Source of the DNA: Sphaerodactylus townsendi
Lineage: Eukaryota
Reading direction: 5' to 3'
DNA length: 64,000 nt
Assembly (NCBI RefSeq): GCF_021028975.2
Contig: NC_059438.1
Coordinates: forward strand, 26,040,001 to 26,104,000
Part shown: positions 41,781 to 63,575 of the stretch, piece by piece
Layout of the letters: every line of letters starts with the position of its first letter
How positions within the stretch are numbered: position 1 is the first letter of the stretch
Position numbers and translations under genes: made by a program
The notes under the pieces: generated by a model
What the model was told of the DNA's origin: nothing
Seen by the model: only the letters and a program-made list of their open reading frames with translations
The model's database searches: none

Positions 41781-42764
41781 GCACGCGATGAACTATCAAA
41801 GTCAGGGAAGCAATGGTGCATTTATGGGGTGGGACACAGAGGGCTGTCACCCTAGGCACCAGTTACATGTATCACATGGGTATGCATTTGGCTGCCCCCC
41901 CCCCCCCCCCCCGGAGCAAAGAGCTGCATTTGGCTGCCTGCCGTGCTGCCCCCTCCTCCTGGGCGAGTGTCCTCGCTCACCAGCCTCAGCTGCCATCCGG
42001 GCTGCCTGCCTCTGCCGGCCACTAGCCAGCCGCTTCTTCACTGAACTCAGAGGCAGACCACACCCCTGCCAAGCTGCTACGGTTCGTGGCAGAAGCCCTC
42101 CTCACCTGTGCATCCAACTCACCGTTATGCTGCACCCCACCTGTGAGCCCAGCCTCCAGCCAGCAGCCCCCAAGCTCAGGGGAGAGGCACGCAGGCAGAC
42201 ACCAGAGCCCCCACCCCCACCCCCTCAGCTGGATGCAGGATAACACTGCTTGGAAGCAGGCTGCAAAACCCATTGAAGTCTACATGGTGGATCAGGCTGC
42301 CTCCTTCCCCGGGAAGCAGAAAGATTTCTGGCAGCAGTTCACAGACTCTGCTTGCAACTCTCCCCACCCCCAGCAGGTCCACATGTGAACTCCCCCCCTC
42401 AGTCCAGAGGAGCCTCCCTGCCCACTTTATCTCCCCTGTAGACCCACTTTTCATCGACCTTTAGATCCCACCACTCTTTGTTCTCTCCACTGAATGAAAG
42501 AAGCCTCCATCCCACCCCCGGCCGGCACTCCCTTTCCAGCAGTTGAAGAAAGCTTTAAAGAAACACCTCCCCTTTTAGACCAAGGAAACACATGATGAGG
42601 GCAGGAAGGAAGATGGGGGGTAGGAGGGAAGAATATCTCTAACCCCCCCTCCCAGCGTTGCACATCACCCCGGTGTAAATTCTGCCTCCTCGCAAGAAGG
42701 CGTGGGGGACTGGTTGGAGAACCCCACCGAAAGGGGAAGTTGTCAGTAGCATTTTATGTGAATG

Positions 42765-43620
42765 GGGGGCTCATTTCTGGGTCTGGTACTTTTCAATATG
42801 TTATCAATGATCTGCATGAGGGTGTCAAATTTAATTTGCTAACTAAATTTGCAACTGATACCAAATTGGAAAGAACACTCCAGAAGATATAGAATTCAAT
42901 GTGATCTCGACACATGGTAAGATGTGAACAGGATGCAATCCAATGAAGTGTTCTACATGTGCGTAACAAAAATGAGGAACATGGATACTAGTTGGGGGTC
43001 ACACTGCTGAGAAGCAGTACGGCGCATGAGATTTTGGGGGTAAGGGTGGATAGTTAAAGATGAGCAGCCAGTGTGATGCAGCGACAAAAACGGCTAACCA
43101 GATCTTGGGGTGTATCCGCAGAGGCATAATGTGTCATAGATCCATTGAACACTGCATTGGGCAGGCTGTACGTGGAGTCGTGTGTACAGTTCTGGAGGCC
43201 TCGCTTTGAAAAGGATGTGGACAGAATGGAGCAGGTGCAGAGGAGAGCCACGGGGATGCTCAGGGGCCTGCAGACCAAGCTCTGTGGGGAAAGGCTGAGG
43301 GACTTGGAAGTGTCTAGTCTGAAGCGAAGTGGGGACAGGATCACATCCTTTAAGTATTTGAAGAGTTGTCACTGAGAGGAGGGCAGGGAGCTGTTCCTGT
43401 TGGCAATGAAGGATAGAATTCACAATAAATTGCGGGCAGAAAGGCACAGCTTTGATATCAGGGGGAAAATTACAGTAAGAGTTGACTACCTGGAGAGTAG
43501 TCAATCTTTTAGCAGCAGCTCGACAAACACTTGTCAGAGGTGCTGTAGCAGACCAATCCTGCATTGAGCAGGTGATTGGACTAGACCGCCTGCATGGGCC
43601 CTTCCAACTCTATGGCTCTG
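42765..43620 (+). mobile_element. CR1 LINE 3' fragment ending just before the CHST4 splice acceptor
   Basis: Translation LYVESCVQFWRPRFEKDVDRMEQVQRRATGMLRGL matches CR1 ORF2. Tail gggcccttccaactctatg. Confidence 0.85.
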
Positions 43621-43649
43621 TTCTCTTCCTCTTCCCCTCCCAGGCTGCC

Positions 43650-44816
43650 ATGCTGAAGCTACATCGGCTGAAAATCCCTGTGATCCTGGCACTGCAAGCA
43701 GCTGCTCTCATCTACTTCTTTCAGCTCCACACCTGGAACAGCGCCCAGAAGGAGCCGCCAGCCCAGACGCATGTCCTCCTCGTCTCCTCCTGGAGGTCTG
43801 GGTCCTCCTTTGTGGGCCAGCTCTTCAGCCAGCATCCAGACGTCTTCTACTTGATGGAGCCGGCCTGGCACGTGTGGGCAGCTATGCACCAGAGTAATGC
43901 CAAGGTGCTACAGATGGCGGTTCGGGACCTCATCCGGTCCGTCTTCAAGTGCGACATGTCAGTGTTCGATGCTTACATGTCTGAGCAGAGGAACCAGACA
44001 GGGCTCTTCCAGTGGGAGGCCAGCCGGGCCCTGTGCTCCCCTCCGGCCTGTGACCTTTTCCAGCGCAGTGACATCATCTCCAAACGCGCCTGCAAGACCC
44101 TCTGTGGCAAGTACCCTTTCCTCAAGGTCGCCGTGGCTTGCAAGACATACAGCCACGTGGTCCTGAAGGAGGTCCGGCTCTTTAACCTTCGGGCACTCTA
44201 CCCTCTCTTTGCTGACCCCTCCTTGAACCTGAAGGTCATCCACTTGGTCCGGGACCCCAGGGCTGTCTTCCGCTCCCGGGAGCACACAGCAGGCGAGCTG
44301 GCCCAGGACAGCGCCATTGTGGTGGGGCACCACAGTCAGCTGCCGGAAACGAAGCCTTACGCTGTGATGCGCGAAATCTGCAAAAGCCACATCGAGATCT
44401 ACACTCAGGGCAGCTGTGCCCTTTCCGGCCTCCTCGAGGGCCGCTACCTGTTAGTGCGTTACGAAGATATCGTCCGGGATCCTCTGGCCACGGTTGTCCA
44501 ACTGTACAGATTTGCCGGGCTCCGCTTCACTCGCCGCCTCAAGACCTGGGTGCACAACATCACCCACGGGGAGGGTCTTGGTACACAGGCCTTTGACGTT
44601 GGGTCCCGGGATGCAGTGAATGTGTCCCAGGCCTGGAGGAAGACCCTTCCTTACCCCAAAGTGGCAAAGCTGCAGGAGGCATGCAAGGACGCCATGGAGG
44701 TATTGGGCTACAGGCTGGTAAGTTCTAAGGAAGAACAGAGCAATATATCACTGAACCTCTTACATGCTCAGAAGTCCCTTACCAGGCTGGGGGAAAAGCT
44801 GAGCCAATGCAGATAG
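43650..44816 (+). CDS. CHST4: Carbohydrate (GlcNAc-6-O) sulfotransferase 4, 388 aa, single coding exon
   Basis: Acceptor cttcccctcccag|GCTGCCATG, N-terminal TM segment, 5'-PSB SSWRSGSSFVGQLF..HPDVFYLMEPAWHVW and 3'-PB HLVRDPRAVFRSRE. RAVFRSRE, FQWEASR, RYLLVRYED and the position next to TAT favour CHST4 over CHST5/6. Confidence 0.9.
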   Translation: MLKLHRLKIPVILALQAAALIYFFQLHTWNSAQKEPPAQTHVLLVSSWRSGSSFVGQLFSQHPDVFYLMEPAWHVWAAMHQSNAKVLQMAVRDLIRSVFKCDMSVFDAYMSEQRNQTGLFQWEASRALCSPPACDLFQRSDIISKRACKTLCGKYPFLKVAVACKTYSHVVLKEVRLFNLRALYPLFADPSLNLKVIHLVRDPRAVFRSREHTAGELAQDSAIVVGHHSQLPETKPYAVMREICKSHIEIYTQGSCALSGLLEGRYLLVRYEDIVRDPLATVVQLYRFAGLRFTRRLKTWVHNITHGEGLGTQAFDVGSRDAVNVSQAWRKTLPYPKVAKLQEACKDAMEVLGYRLVSSKEEQSNISLNLLHAQKSLTRLGEKLSQCR

Positions 44817-46070
44817 AGGTCTCAGAGCCAGGATATGCCATGCAGGGCTCTTCTGTGGGCAAGAATCAAGTAGATCATGAACTCAGTCCACACACTGTTC
44901 CTGTGCTGAAAATATTGTGGGATGCCACTCCTGGGCCAGTCAGCCTCAACCCTGTAAAACTGAGGTGTGTGATTCCCTCAGCTGAACACAACCGTTACTG
45001 TCTGTTTGGCAAACAAGGTGGTTTGCGTCACATCTAACCTACAGATCAAACAAGGACATTTAGTGCACATACTCTGTGTTTAATTCTGTAATTACTTTGA
45101 ACTGCCCTGGGCACTCTTCAGGAGGGAAAAGAGGATAAAATGAGTTTAAACCACGATGAACAAGCTTGAGGCAAAGCTCCTCACTTGCAAGTCAGGAAGA
45201 CTGTCGTTCCTGGTGACGATGTGCAGGTGACAGACAGGTCCTCTGAAATTGCCTGCACAAGGCAAACAAAGTGGTTTCATTCATTAGCTGAGACTAAGGT
45301 GGGAGAGCCAGGCTCCTGACACCGGTCACTGACAGGGTCCTGGCAACAGAACCCCCCAGCAACAAATACGTTGCTTGCCTACCCCAAGTTGACCCTCCCA
45401 CACAAGGAAGTGCATCGGGGCACCCCATGCCAAGATGGCTACTATGCCTTGTCTTCAAAGCCTGAACGCAATCGGGGGGAGGGCAGGGATGCTGGGTCTT
45501 TAGTTCCCTGAACTATTGCTTGATGCTGCTGAAAAGTACAAGAGTGCAAACATGCTGATCAGAGTTGTGCGGGAGGATATCTCAACACATAATAACTTCA
45601 AAGGGTTCTCATGATCCGCGATATGACTGGAACACATCTTTGCATTAACCAGGGCGACTGGATGGCTACTGTGTGATGTCTCAATGGACTAGATAGTCTG
45701 ATCCAGCAGGAGTGCTCTTCTGCTCTTCACTAGACTTCACAAGGGCAGGCTCTCTTGTTCCCTACATCCTACAAAAGTAGAAGAGTTATTTTTGTCCCGA
45801 GATGCACTCCCTTCCCCTCGACATCTATAGTACCTGAGAGGAACTCACTGGGGAATATGTGAGAGCCGTCACTGAACGAGCACAGTGTAGGTCCTGCCAC
45901 TCCTAAGCCAGGCTCCAGTGTACACCCGGTTCTGTCACACAGAAATTCTCACCAGGTTGGCTAATTCCCAACCCTGTGAGGCACAGGGAAGGAAGCAGGG
46001 CTAACCCGCCTGCTCACCCAGCCTCAGCTAAGGAAGTCCCACCGGGACCCTCTCACACAAGGATGCAGGA

Positions 46071-46569
46071 CTCTTTAATTTGGAGAGGAGACGTCTGAGC
46101 GGGGATATGATCGAAGTCTATAAAATTATGCATGGGGTAGAAAATGTTGACAGAGAGAAATTTCTCTCTCTCACAATACTAGAACCAGGGGGCATTCATT
46201 GAAAATGCTGGGGGGAAGAATTAGGACTAATAAAAGGAAACACTTCTCTTCACGCAACGTGTGATTGGTGTTTGGAATATGCTGCCACAGGAGGTGGTGA
46301 TGGCCACTCACCTGGACAGCTTTAAAAGGGGCTTGGACAGATTTATGGAGGAGAAGTCGATTTATGGCTACCAATCTTGATCCTCTTTGATCTGAGATTG
46401 CAAATGCCTTAACAGTCCAGGTGCTTGGGAGCAGCAGCAGCAGAAGGCCATTGCTTTCCCATCCTGCCTGTGAGCTCCCCAAGGCACCTGGTGGGCCACT
46501 GCGAGTAGCAGAGAGCTGGACTAGATGGACTCTGGTCTGATCCAGCTGGCTTGTTCTTATGTTCTTATG
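46071..46569 (+). mobile_element. Young CR1 LINE 3' end
   Basis: ctctttaatttggagaggagacgtctgagcggggatatgatcgaagtctataaaattatgcatgg..., ending in a (TTCTTATG)2 tail. Confidence 0.85.
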
Positions 46570-49500
46570 AAGAAACACCCTGAGAAATGGGGCAAGAGGA
46601 CACACACACTTGGATAAGAGAAAAACATACAGCAAATGTTCCAGGCATTTTCCCAACCGCTTACTGGGGGAACGTACTCAGTAGGACACAGAATGGAGGC
46701 AGGTTTAAACCCTGCTAAGGGGGAGGGATTTTATGCACGTGTGCTCAATTAAGTAGCTTGTGTCTGGCCCTGCCACACCTGGGCAGGGTGATTTGAATCT
46801 GGGTTTCTCCAGACCAACATTCCACCAATAGAAGACACCAGCTTTATAGGACAGAAAGAATCCACAGGCAGGAGCAGAATCCATTTGTGGCAGGAGGAAA
46901 GATATTATAAAAACAGATACCCCACCTTTGCTCATCAGTATAGAAGTGTTCCCTCCACCCCCGTCCCTCACACAAAATAGTCCTTCCCCCCACTCCTGCC
47001 TGTATACGTCCTGCTGACTGAGACTTTCATCACACAATAGGCGAAATGAGCTCCATTTTAAAATTAAATAAATCTGCTAGTTTTTTGGATGCACGTTACT
47101 TCTTTTTGCATAAACTATCTGAGCAAATGAATTCCTCTTCTTTTCAACAAAGGAGCTCCTGATCCTGCCTTAATCTGTTTATGCATGAACTATCATGTGT
47201 AAGAGCCCAAGACAATTAACCTGCTTTGGCAGATACAGCTCCCATTCATCTCAAAAGTCTAAGTCTCTTTAATCCACCTACAGCGAACTGGCCAGATCAA
47301 ATAGTCAGAATCCCTGGATAAGAGATCATATTTCAAACAAAGCTTGAAAAACCTGTACAAACAAATCCTCACCCCTAGCACCCAGTAATGTTTCTTCTTC
47401 CATAATCTTCCTACAGCATTGCTAGGAGGGAACTATGAGGATGCTGAGATACACCAGAATGGAGGCTAATTCTGAACTCTCGTAAATAGTTGTTTCGATT
47501 TTTGTTTCGGTTGTTCTCTTGCAAATGTTTTTTTCCCAGTTTTTTGATTTGGTCAAGGAAGAGCAGTTATTGTTATAAGCAGAGTGTCCACCAAGTGATA
47601 TGAGGAAAGGATGCCTTGTCCTCAGCTGGCGTTGGTGGTCAATAAAACACTTGTGGATAAAATTGTACCATGGAAGTTGGACAGATCCTAATTTGCAGTG
47701 TGATGTAGACAAGCACACATCATCAGGGTGACGACACATTCAACGTCAGCAGCATTTTGATATCCAACTCTGTTTACAACTTCATTAATCTCCCCCCCCC
47801 CACCCCCCAGCATCTATACTTAACTTCCTCAGATAGCCTCTGTCTTTTCATCATAGTTGTTCCAAATCAACTCCGGGGTGACATTCAGCTCCTTTTTGCC
47901 CGGCCTGAGCAGAGCTGCAACCTCAGCCGAGGAGTAGCTGAAGTCATTCATTCGCTGAGCAAGAGAACGCAACACTGGCCATGAGGCTCAATTGCCTGCC
48001 TGTTCTTGCCGGGGAGGACTCCCCCCCTTGTCACCCAAGCTGGATCCAGGCAGGCTTAATTAGCTGTTATGAGGTTCCAGGAGGGTAACCCCGATATCTT
48101 GTAGCCTGTGTATACCAGGATGAGTCTCAGTAAGGATATCCCAAAATAAAAGGAGCACGGCAGAAGCTATTGTAAACAGATACAAACAACTTTAGCGTAT
48201 CCAAATTAAGATAAAAATGTAAAAAACATGCACTATACACCCTAGAACCAATGATCCCAAGAGCACACATGCACTTGTGAGGGATCAGGCCTTATGAGAT
48301 GTGGAAGGGAAGATGCTGGGAGGTTTCAGGGAGGGGGCAGACAACCTTCGCTCCAAGGGCTTGAGGTGGATGTCTGAGCAGCAGAGTGAGGAGCTGGCAA
48401 AGCAAGCAGAAAAGCTCAGTGAACTGGAGTGGGGGTTCTCAGAGGGAAACTAGAGCTCTGACCACCAGAGATCTGGACTGGAGGTCTGAGGAACAGTTTG
48501 CTGAGTGAGTGAGTGAGTGGGGAGGTCTTTGTTTAGGGACGCAAGGTTCCAGTGGGGATCTGACCATCCAGACTTTGGGCTGGGCCAAGAGACAAAGCTT
48601 GAATCCTACGGGCAGTTTTAAAGTTCCTTGCTGTCACACTGGTGGGGAAATAACCTGACTATTGTAAGCCAGATCTGCACAAAGACCTGGATGAAGCAAA
48701 AATGACCAGTGAGATCAAGGGGGGAGGGCAACGGGCAGCACAATCCGGAGTGCTGCCGGCTGCCTCATGGCTGACCACTGGTGGAGCTAATGCAGCCCTC
48801 GGCTGCTCCATGCAGGGTTTCGTTAGTGCGTGACTGACAGGAACTGTGCCAGAGTCCTCAGCAACTGTGCTGCTGCATCCCAGCTGGGTGTTGCACTGGC
48901 TGAGCCGTGACTGACACGACAGGCAGGACTTCTCAGGGGCTGGCAAGAGCAGAGACCCCACCCCCACACTTGCCAGAGCCAAGGGAAAGGGAAGGGCAGG
49001 GCCAGGGGTCCAGGTTCCATGTCTGTGATGTACCTCCCCCCGCCCCCTGAAAGGAACTGGGCTGGATCAACAGTCGCTGGACAGCTGGCAGAGTGGCCGA
49101 GGGCCCGGCAAGCCCTTCTGTGGAGATCCCAAGCAGGCCCTCGGCTGAAGGGGCACAAAGGCTGCCCTCCCCTTGGCAGGGGCTCAGGGTCACAGCAGGG
49201 AGGGTCTGTCCAGTGACAGTGTCCTCTGCTCACCAGCGGGAGCATCTAGCAGCAGCTCAGCCACGCGGCCGAGGGGACTGCTGGCCACTCCTACCAGCAG
49301 TGGGGCAGGAGCCATTGGAGGGCTTAAGATGTGGGGGGGATGCAGAGATGCCCTCAGCTGCCCGAGGACTGCAATGAGTTTCCTTCCGCTCCTGGCACTC
49401 TCACTCCACTTCTGGAGCAACTCCTCCACGCCCAGAGTCTGTCCTCTGAAAGCCATTACGCACTCATTGCAACTTCTGGGTGCAGTTATGAATGGCCACG

Positions 49501-51056
49501 GCATCCAACACAGCCCTTTTGCATTCCAGGCTGCCAGTACATCCGATGGGCATTCCAGCTTCCCCCATCGCTCCCAGCAGACGAGGCTGTCAGTCGTTCA
49601 CCCCGGTTGTCCTTTGTGACATCTGTGGGGGCCCCTGGTGCCTCCACAGCAAACCTCTAGCCACCCTCACTCAGTTGCCACCCCAGGTTCCCTGCAAAGG
49701 CTCTGAGCCACCCCCACCCCCACACACCGGCTGCAGCATCTCACCCAGCTATCCACCCCTTCCAAAGACATCAAGTTTGCCTGCTGCACTGACTCCTCCC
49801 CAAAGCTAGGTGTTGACTCCAGTGACCCCCCTGGCCCCTCAGTGGCCCCTTCCTGGATGTCTCCCCTCGGTGGCAGAGCCCTTCTTACTCCATTAAAAGC
49901 CCACCTTTCTCCCTTGAGGGGGCCAGCATGGCGGACACCCTTCCCCTGTCCTGCTTCATGCTCACAGCCAGCCCGAGGGGCAGGCCAGGCTGAGAGTCGG
50001 CAAATGGCCCAAGGCCAACCAGCCACCTTTCATGGGACAAGCAGGGATCTGGGTCTGAGTTCTGCACTGTAACCACCACAGTGTCTCATTCACCTGCTAG
50101 ACCACCCCAGGTTGGCCCACCCCTTCTCCACCCAGCAGCTAGTCAGGTGAGTGGCGGGGGGTGTCAGGTGGGAGGTCAGCCTCGGAGGTGGCTGCTGGGC
50201 CCTGCTATGTTTGGCAGACGACCGTGATGGGGGGCTTGCGGCACCTGCACCGTCCCCCGTGAGCCCTTGGCAGCCCTCAGCGGGAGTCACAGATGTGGTG
50301 GGATGGCGCTTCTGATGTGACAGACAGACAATTGTGGCACAAGGCAGACTTTATTGAATGGCAAACCTTGGAGAGGTCTGAAGACTCTGTCACCTCCCAG
50401 TAGCCACGGGGCAAAAACCACCTGGAAAGGTGTGGTCCACCTGGCAAGGTGTGCGCGCAAGTGAACTGGAGACACGGGTGAAATTTGGAGAGGCTGGTGG
50501 GATAACAGCCAGAGGCAGGCTGGGATAACAGACTGAGCGGCATGTGTGTGTACATGTGTGTGGCGGAGAAAATAGTTTGGCAGATCACGACACCTTGCCC
50601 GTTTCTCCTGCAAGGAGTCTAAAAACGGCTTACAAACTCCTCCCCTTCCCCACAAGAGACACCTTGTGAGGTAGGCATGGCTGAGAGAGTTCTGTGAGAA
50701 CTGTGGCTAGCCCAAGGTCACCCAGCAAGCTGCATGTGGAGGAGCTGGGAAGTATCCAAATGTGGGCATCAAACCATGTGCCAATGCTGTAAATTTAATG
50801 TTCACCAAGAGTTCAGCCAGCCACAGTTGGCTGACTACTGAGTTGAACGAATGGGAAACATCACATTCTAGATTCTGGGGCATGTATAATCGAGAGCCCC
50901 TAGGCCAGTGGTGGCGAACCAATTGGCCATGCTGGCAGGGGGTGATGGGAATTGTAGTCCATGAACATCTGGAGTGCTATAGGTTTGCCACCATGGCCCT
51001 AGGCTGTAGAGATTGAAAACCAGCTGTGACTCAGTTCTGGGAACAGACTTGAGCAG

Positions 51057-51062
51057 TTTATT
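51057..51062 (-). terminator. Candidate TERF2IP polyadenylation signal
   Basis: AATAAA on the minus strand about 210 nt after the stop. Confidence 0.55.
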
Positions 51063-51268
51063 GCCAATTCAAAAATCACCAAACTGCTACAACCGTGATT
51101 TCAGTCAGCAGTACTATCTGCCACAACAGTCATTTCAGGCAAAACAGAGATTAGGATGCAAGTCCTTGGCCTTGGCATCAGGCGTGGCGTGCCTCTGTTA
51201 CCGCAAACTGCCCACGGCCTCCACAAAGGAAAATGTGCACCAAAAAGGAGCGCTGAACACAACACAAA

Positions 51269-53109
51269 CTAATTCTTCCTGAAAGCCACCCGCCTGTTCA
51301 CGTTCTCTTTTCCATACTTGGCTATAAGCTGGCTTCTGAGTTGATTGTCACCTGTCAGCAAGTCTAAGTCATCCTGTCTGGTCCAAAGAGGGGGCCGGTC
51401 CTTGGAATGTGGGCCACTCCGCAGGCAACGGGCCACTGCTGCGACCTCCCCGCTGGTTTTCAAAAAAGCTTGAGCCACAGTTTCCAGGTCCACCCCACAC
51501 TCTTCCATGAAGCGCTTCATGTCTTCCAGGGCCGCCTGCTCAGAAGAGGGCGCTGCAGGCGGGTCTCCTCCCAGGGGCTCATTCTGAAGTGCAGCAGGAC
51601 CTTCTGGAGACATCAGCTTTGCCCCCTGGGTTCTGGAACTGGGGAACGTTTCTTCAGACGTTGCAGGCGATTTCAGCAGTGTCTCTCCCGAAGGGCTCTC
51701 ACTTTCCCACTAGAAGCGGCCAGAGGAAGAACATTGCAGGATGAGCATCTCCAACAGGCTGATGTATTGTCGAAGGCTTTCACAGCCGGATTCAACCGGT
51801 TGTTGTGGGCTTTCCGGGCTGTGTGGCCGTGGTCTGGTAGATCTTGTTCCTAATGTTTTGCCTGCCTCTGTGGCTGGCATCTTCAGAGGGGTATCATGGA
51901 GAGGTCCCACACAGCCCGGAAAACCCTCAACAACCAGTCCAACAGGCTGCTTCTTGATGGGGTTCAGAACGGTTCTCCCTAGAACATGCTGTGCAGAGAA
52001 CCACATTCGCAATGGCCAAAACAGACACCTAGCTACCATGGCCAGGCTCTAAAAGGGAAGATCTGGCCAGCACTCACTTTTCTTTGGACAGCCGGCTCGC
52101 TTGGCCAGGCCAGGAGCTGCAGGAACAGGAACAGCAGGGCTTTTAAGCATACCAAAGAGGTCTATAATGGACGCTCACTCAAACATCAAACACAAAAGCA
52201 GAACAAGCAAACTGATTACGCACTCAGGCGTCAGTACCTCATTGCTCTCAAATTCTTGATTTGCCAGCTGGAAAATGCTGGGAGCCTTTGATCCTTTTGT
52301 CATGTGCCTTGAGTCCTTTTGCTGGGGTTCACCCATTGCTTTCTTTCTCTGTGATGCCGCTTTAAAGAGAGAAAAAGACGTCGAGCTTCAGTCACCACTC
52401 TCATGTCTTGGACAGTAACTGTTAAGAGCTGAGTCCGGTAGCACCAAAAATCCCTGCCGGTCCCTAAGACTCTGATCTAACCACTCTCGTGCTGCAATTA
52501 AACAACCTTATGCCTTGCAACAGTGGAGCAGAAGTCACCAGGTGCTCTGGAAACCTTGCCCAGCGGATGGACTCCTGCACAGCTAAACGAATTGGCTGTG
52601 GCATTCTCTATATGACAACCATGGTTGGCGGTATGTCAGACTAACTGTGGGAGACACAAACTGCCAGCCCGTAAGCTTACAGGCTGACCTTGTGCCATTC
52701 GCAGTCTCAGACTAAACCAGCTTACAGGGTTGTTGTCAGGATGATGGGCAGCATTTGGGTCCCCAGTGGGCCGAGTACACACGAAGTAGCTACATAAATG
52801 CATTTCTTGCAATGACACGTGCAATGGGACAGGCTGGCCTGGCTGGGGAAGCTCCTCGCACGAACCCCGCGAATGGGCGTTTCGCCAGAAAGAACGAGCG
52901 TCGGAAAGAAACGACAGGAGGCACAACACTGCAGGGCGGGGCGGGCAGCGGAGGAAGGGACGGCCGGGAAGAAAAGGAGCCGAGGACGGGGGCCCAGCGC
53001 TGCAGCCGGAGGGAAGGAGGCGGGGAGGCGGGCCGGGCTTACGGGGACGACGCTCCCGCCGCAGGACGTCCAGCGCCGGCCACGCGGAACAGAGAGCCGC
53101 TGCGCGCAT
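51269..53109 (-). CDS. TERF2IP: Telomeric repeat-binding factor 2-interacting protein (RAP1), N-terminally truncated form (209 aa from exon-1 ATG or 179 aa from exon-2 ATG)
   Basis: Exon 3, 51709-51269, encodes the RCT domain (DLETVAQAFLKTSGEV..PLWTRQDDLDL..LIAKYGKENVNRRVAFRKN*). Exon 2, 52359-52238 (…IFQLANQEFESNE, phase 1 in, phase 0 out). Candidate exon 1, 53109-53043 (67 nt, C|gtaagc, phase 1). Head-to-head with KARS1 as in other vertebrates. Confidence 0.85.
51762..51937 (-). mobile_element. Penelope-like fragment in TERF2IP intron 2 with degenerate hammerhead core
   Basis: Same family as 13938-14335. Flanked by a 12-bp direct repeat TCCAACAGGCTG (51750-51761, 51938-51949). Minus strand reads CTGAAGATGCC...GGCAAAACATT. 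Confidence 0.75.
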
Positions 53110-53226
53110 GCTCAGAGCTCCTCCCGCCCGCGGCTCGCGCTCCAGCGGCGACAGCTACTGCTGCGCAGGCGCAGTGATGGGGAGCGGAACACGCTTCCGC
53201 TTCCGGAACTGTCTGCGGCCGGCAAG

Positions 53227-53235
<9 letters not shown>
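53043..53235. promoter_or_regulatory. TERF2IP-KARS1 bidirectional CpG-island promoter
   Basis: NRF1-like TGCGCAGGCGCA at 53162-53173, tandem ETS/GABP CTTCCGCTTCCGG at 53194-53206, YY1-like CAAGATGGCGGC over the KARS1 ATG. Confidence 0.8.
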
Positions 53236-62943
<9,708 letters not shown>

Positions 62944-63019
62944 CCCACAGAGAAAGGAAGGAGGAGGGAGGAAGCTGGAGACTCCTGGGGCCGGACTCTG
63001 TCATGTTTTCCCAGTCATC

Positions 63020-63025
63020 AATAAA
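63020..63025 (+). terminator. KARS1 polyadenylation signal
   Basis: AATAAA 77 nt after the stop, followed by a U-rich tract. Confidence 0.75.
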
Positions 63026-63384
63026 GGAGCTTTTTGGCCTTTTTTTTGGAAGACTTGTCCTCAGGTTATTATCAATATAGCTGATTTTCAACTAACACAA
63101 ATCTGGCTGGAGTCCCTGTGAGGAACTATAAATAATGTAAATACTTAAAGCCAGAGATTGGGGCTGAGCAAAAATCAAATTGAAACCTCAGTAGAAGTAT
63201 AGAAGGATAAAAAACCCTCAAACAGTAGGATCAGTGCCTGTACCTTTAAGAAATAAATGCTCTTAGTGGACCCTTGCTGGTTGGTGGTGACCCCAACACT
63301 ATTAGGAGCCTTTCAGGCCTTGGACTCTGTCAGCAAAGCGGGACTGGAGGGAGAAGAGGGGCTCTTTCCGAGGCTGTTTTGGGC

Positions 63385-63575
63385 TTGGGGGGCTGTGTGG
63401 TTTCCAGGCTGTTTGGCCGTCTTCTAGCAGCATTTTCTCCTGCATCTGGCTGGCAGCATCTTCAGAGGATCTGATGGTAGTAAAGCAAGTGGAGTACATA
63501 CTTTACTGCCACCAGACCCTCCGAAGATGCTGCTAGCACACGGCCATACAGCCCAGAAACCGCAGAAGACCCCAG
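63385..63575. mobile_element. Penelope-like fragment with inverted ends
   Basis: ggctgt.tggccgt.ttctagcagc..gcatcttcagagg and its partial inverse cctccgaagatgctgctagcacacggccatacagcc. Confidence 0.6.

Noticed and set aside
41790-42390. Faint Ty3/Gypsy gag-like peptides (SYMYHMG, IEVYMVDQAASFP)
   Set aside because: Too short and fragmented to support without a profile search.
43482-43649. 56-aa N-terminal extension of CHST4 in the ORF track
   Set aside because: Non-ATG start inside CR1 sequence and upstream of a strong acceptor. The true start is 43650.
47040-48660. Possible pogo-type transposase remnants (ELIWNNYDEK, ISLGGHSAY) and an LTR-like piece
   Set aside because: Motif resemblance is weak and boundaries are undefined. 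Left as unclassified repeat-derived DNA.
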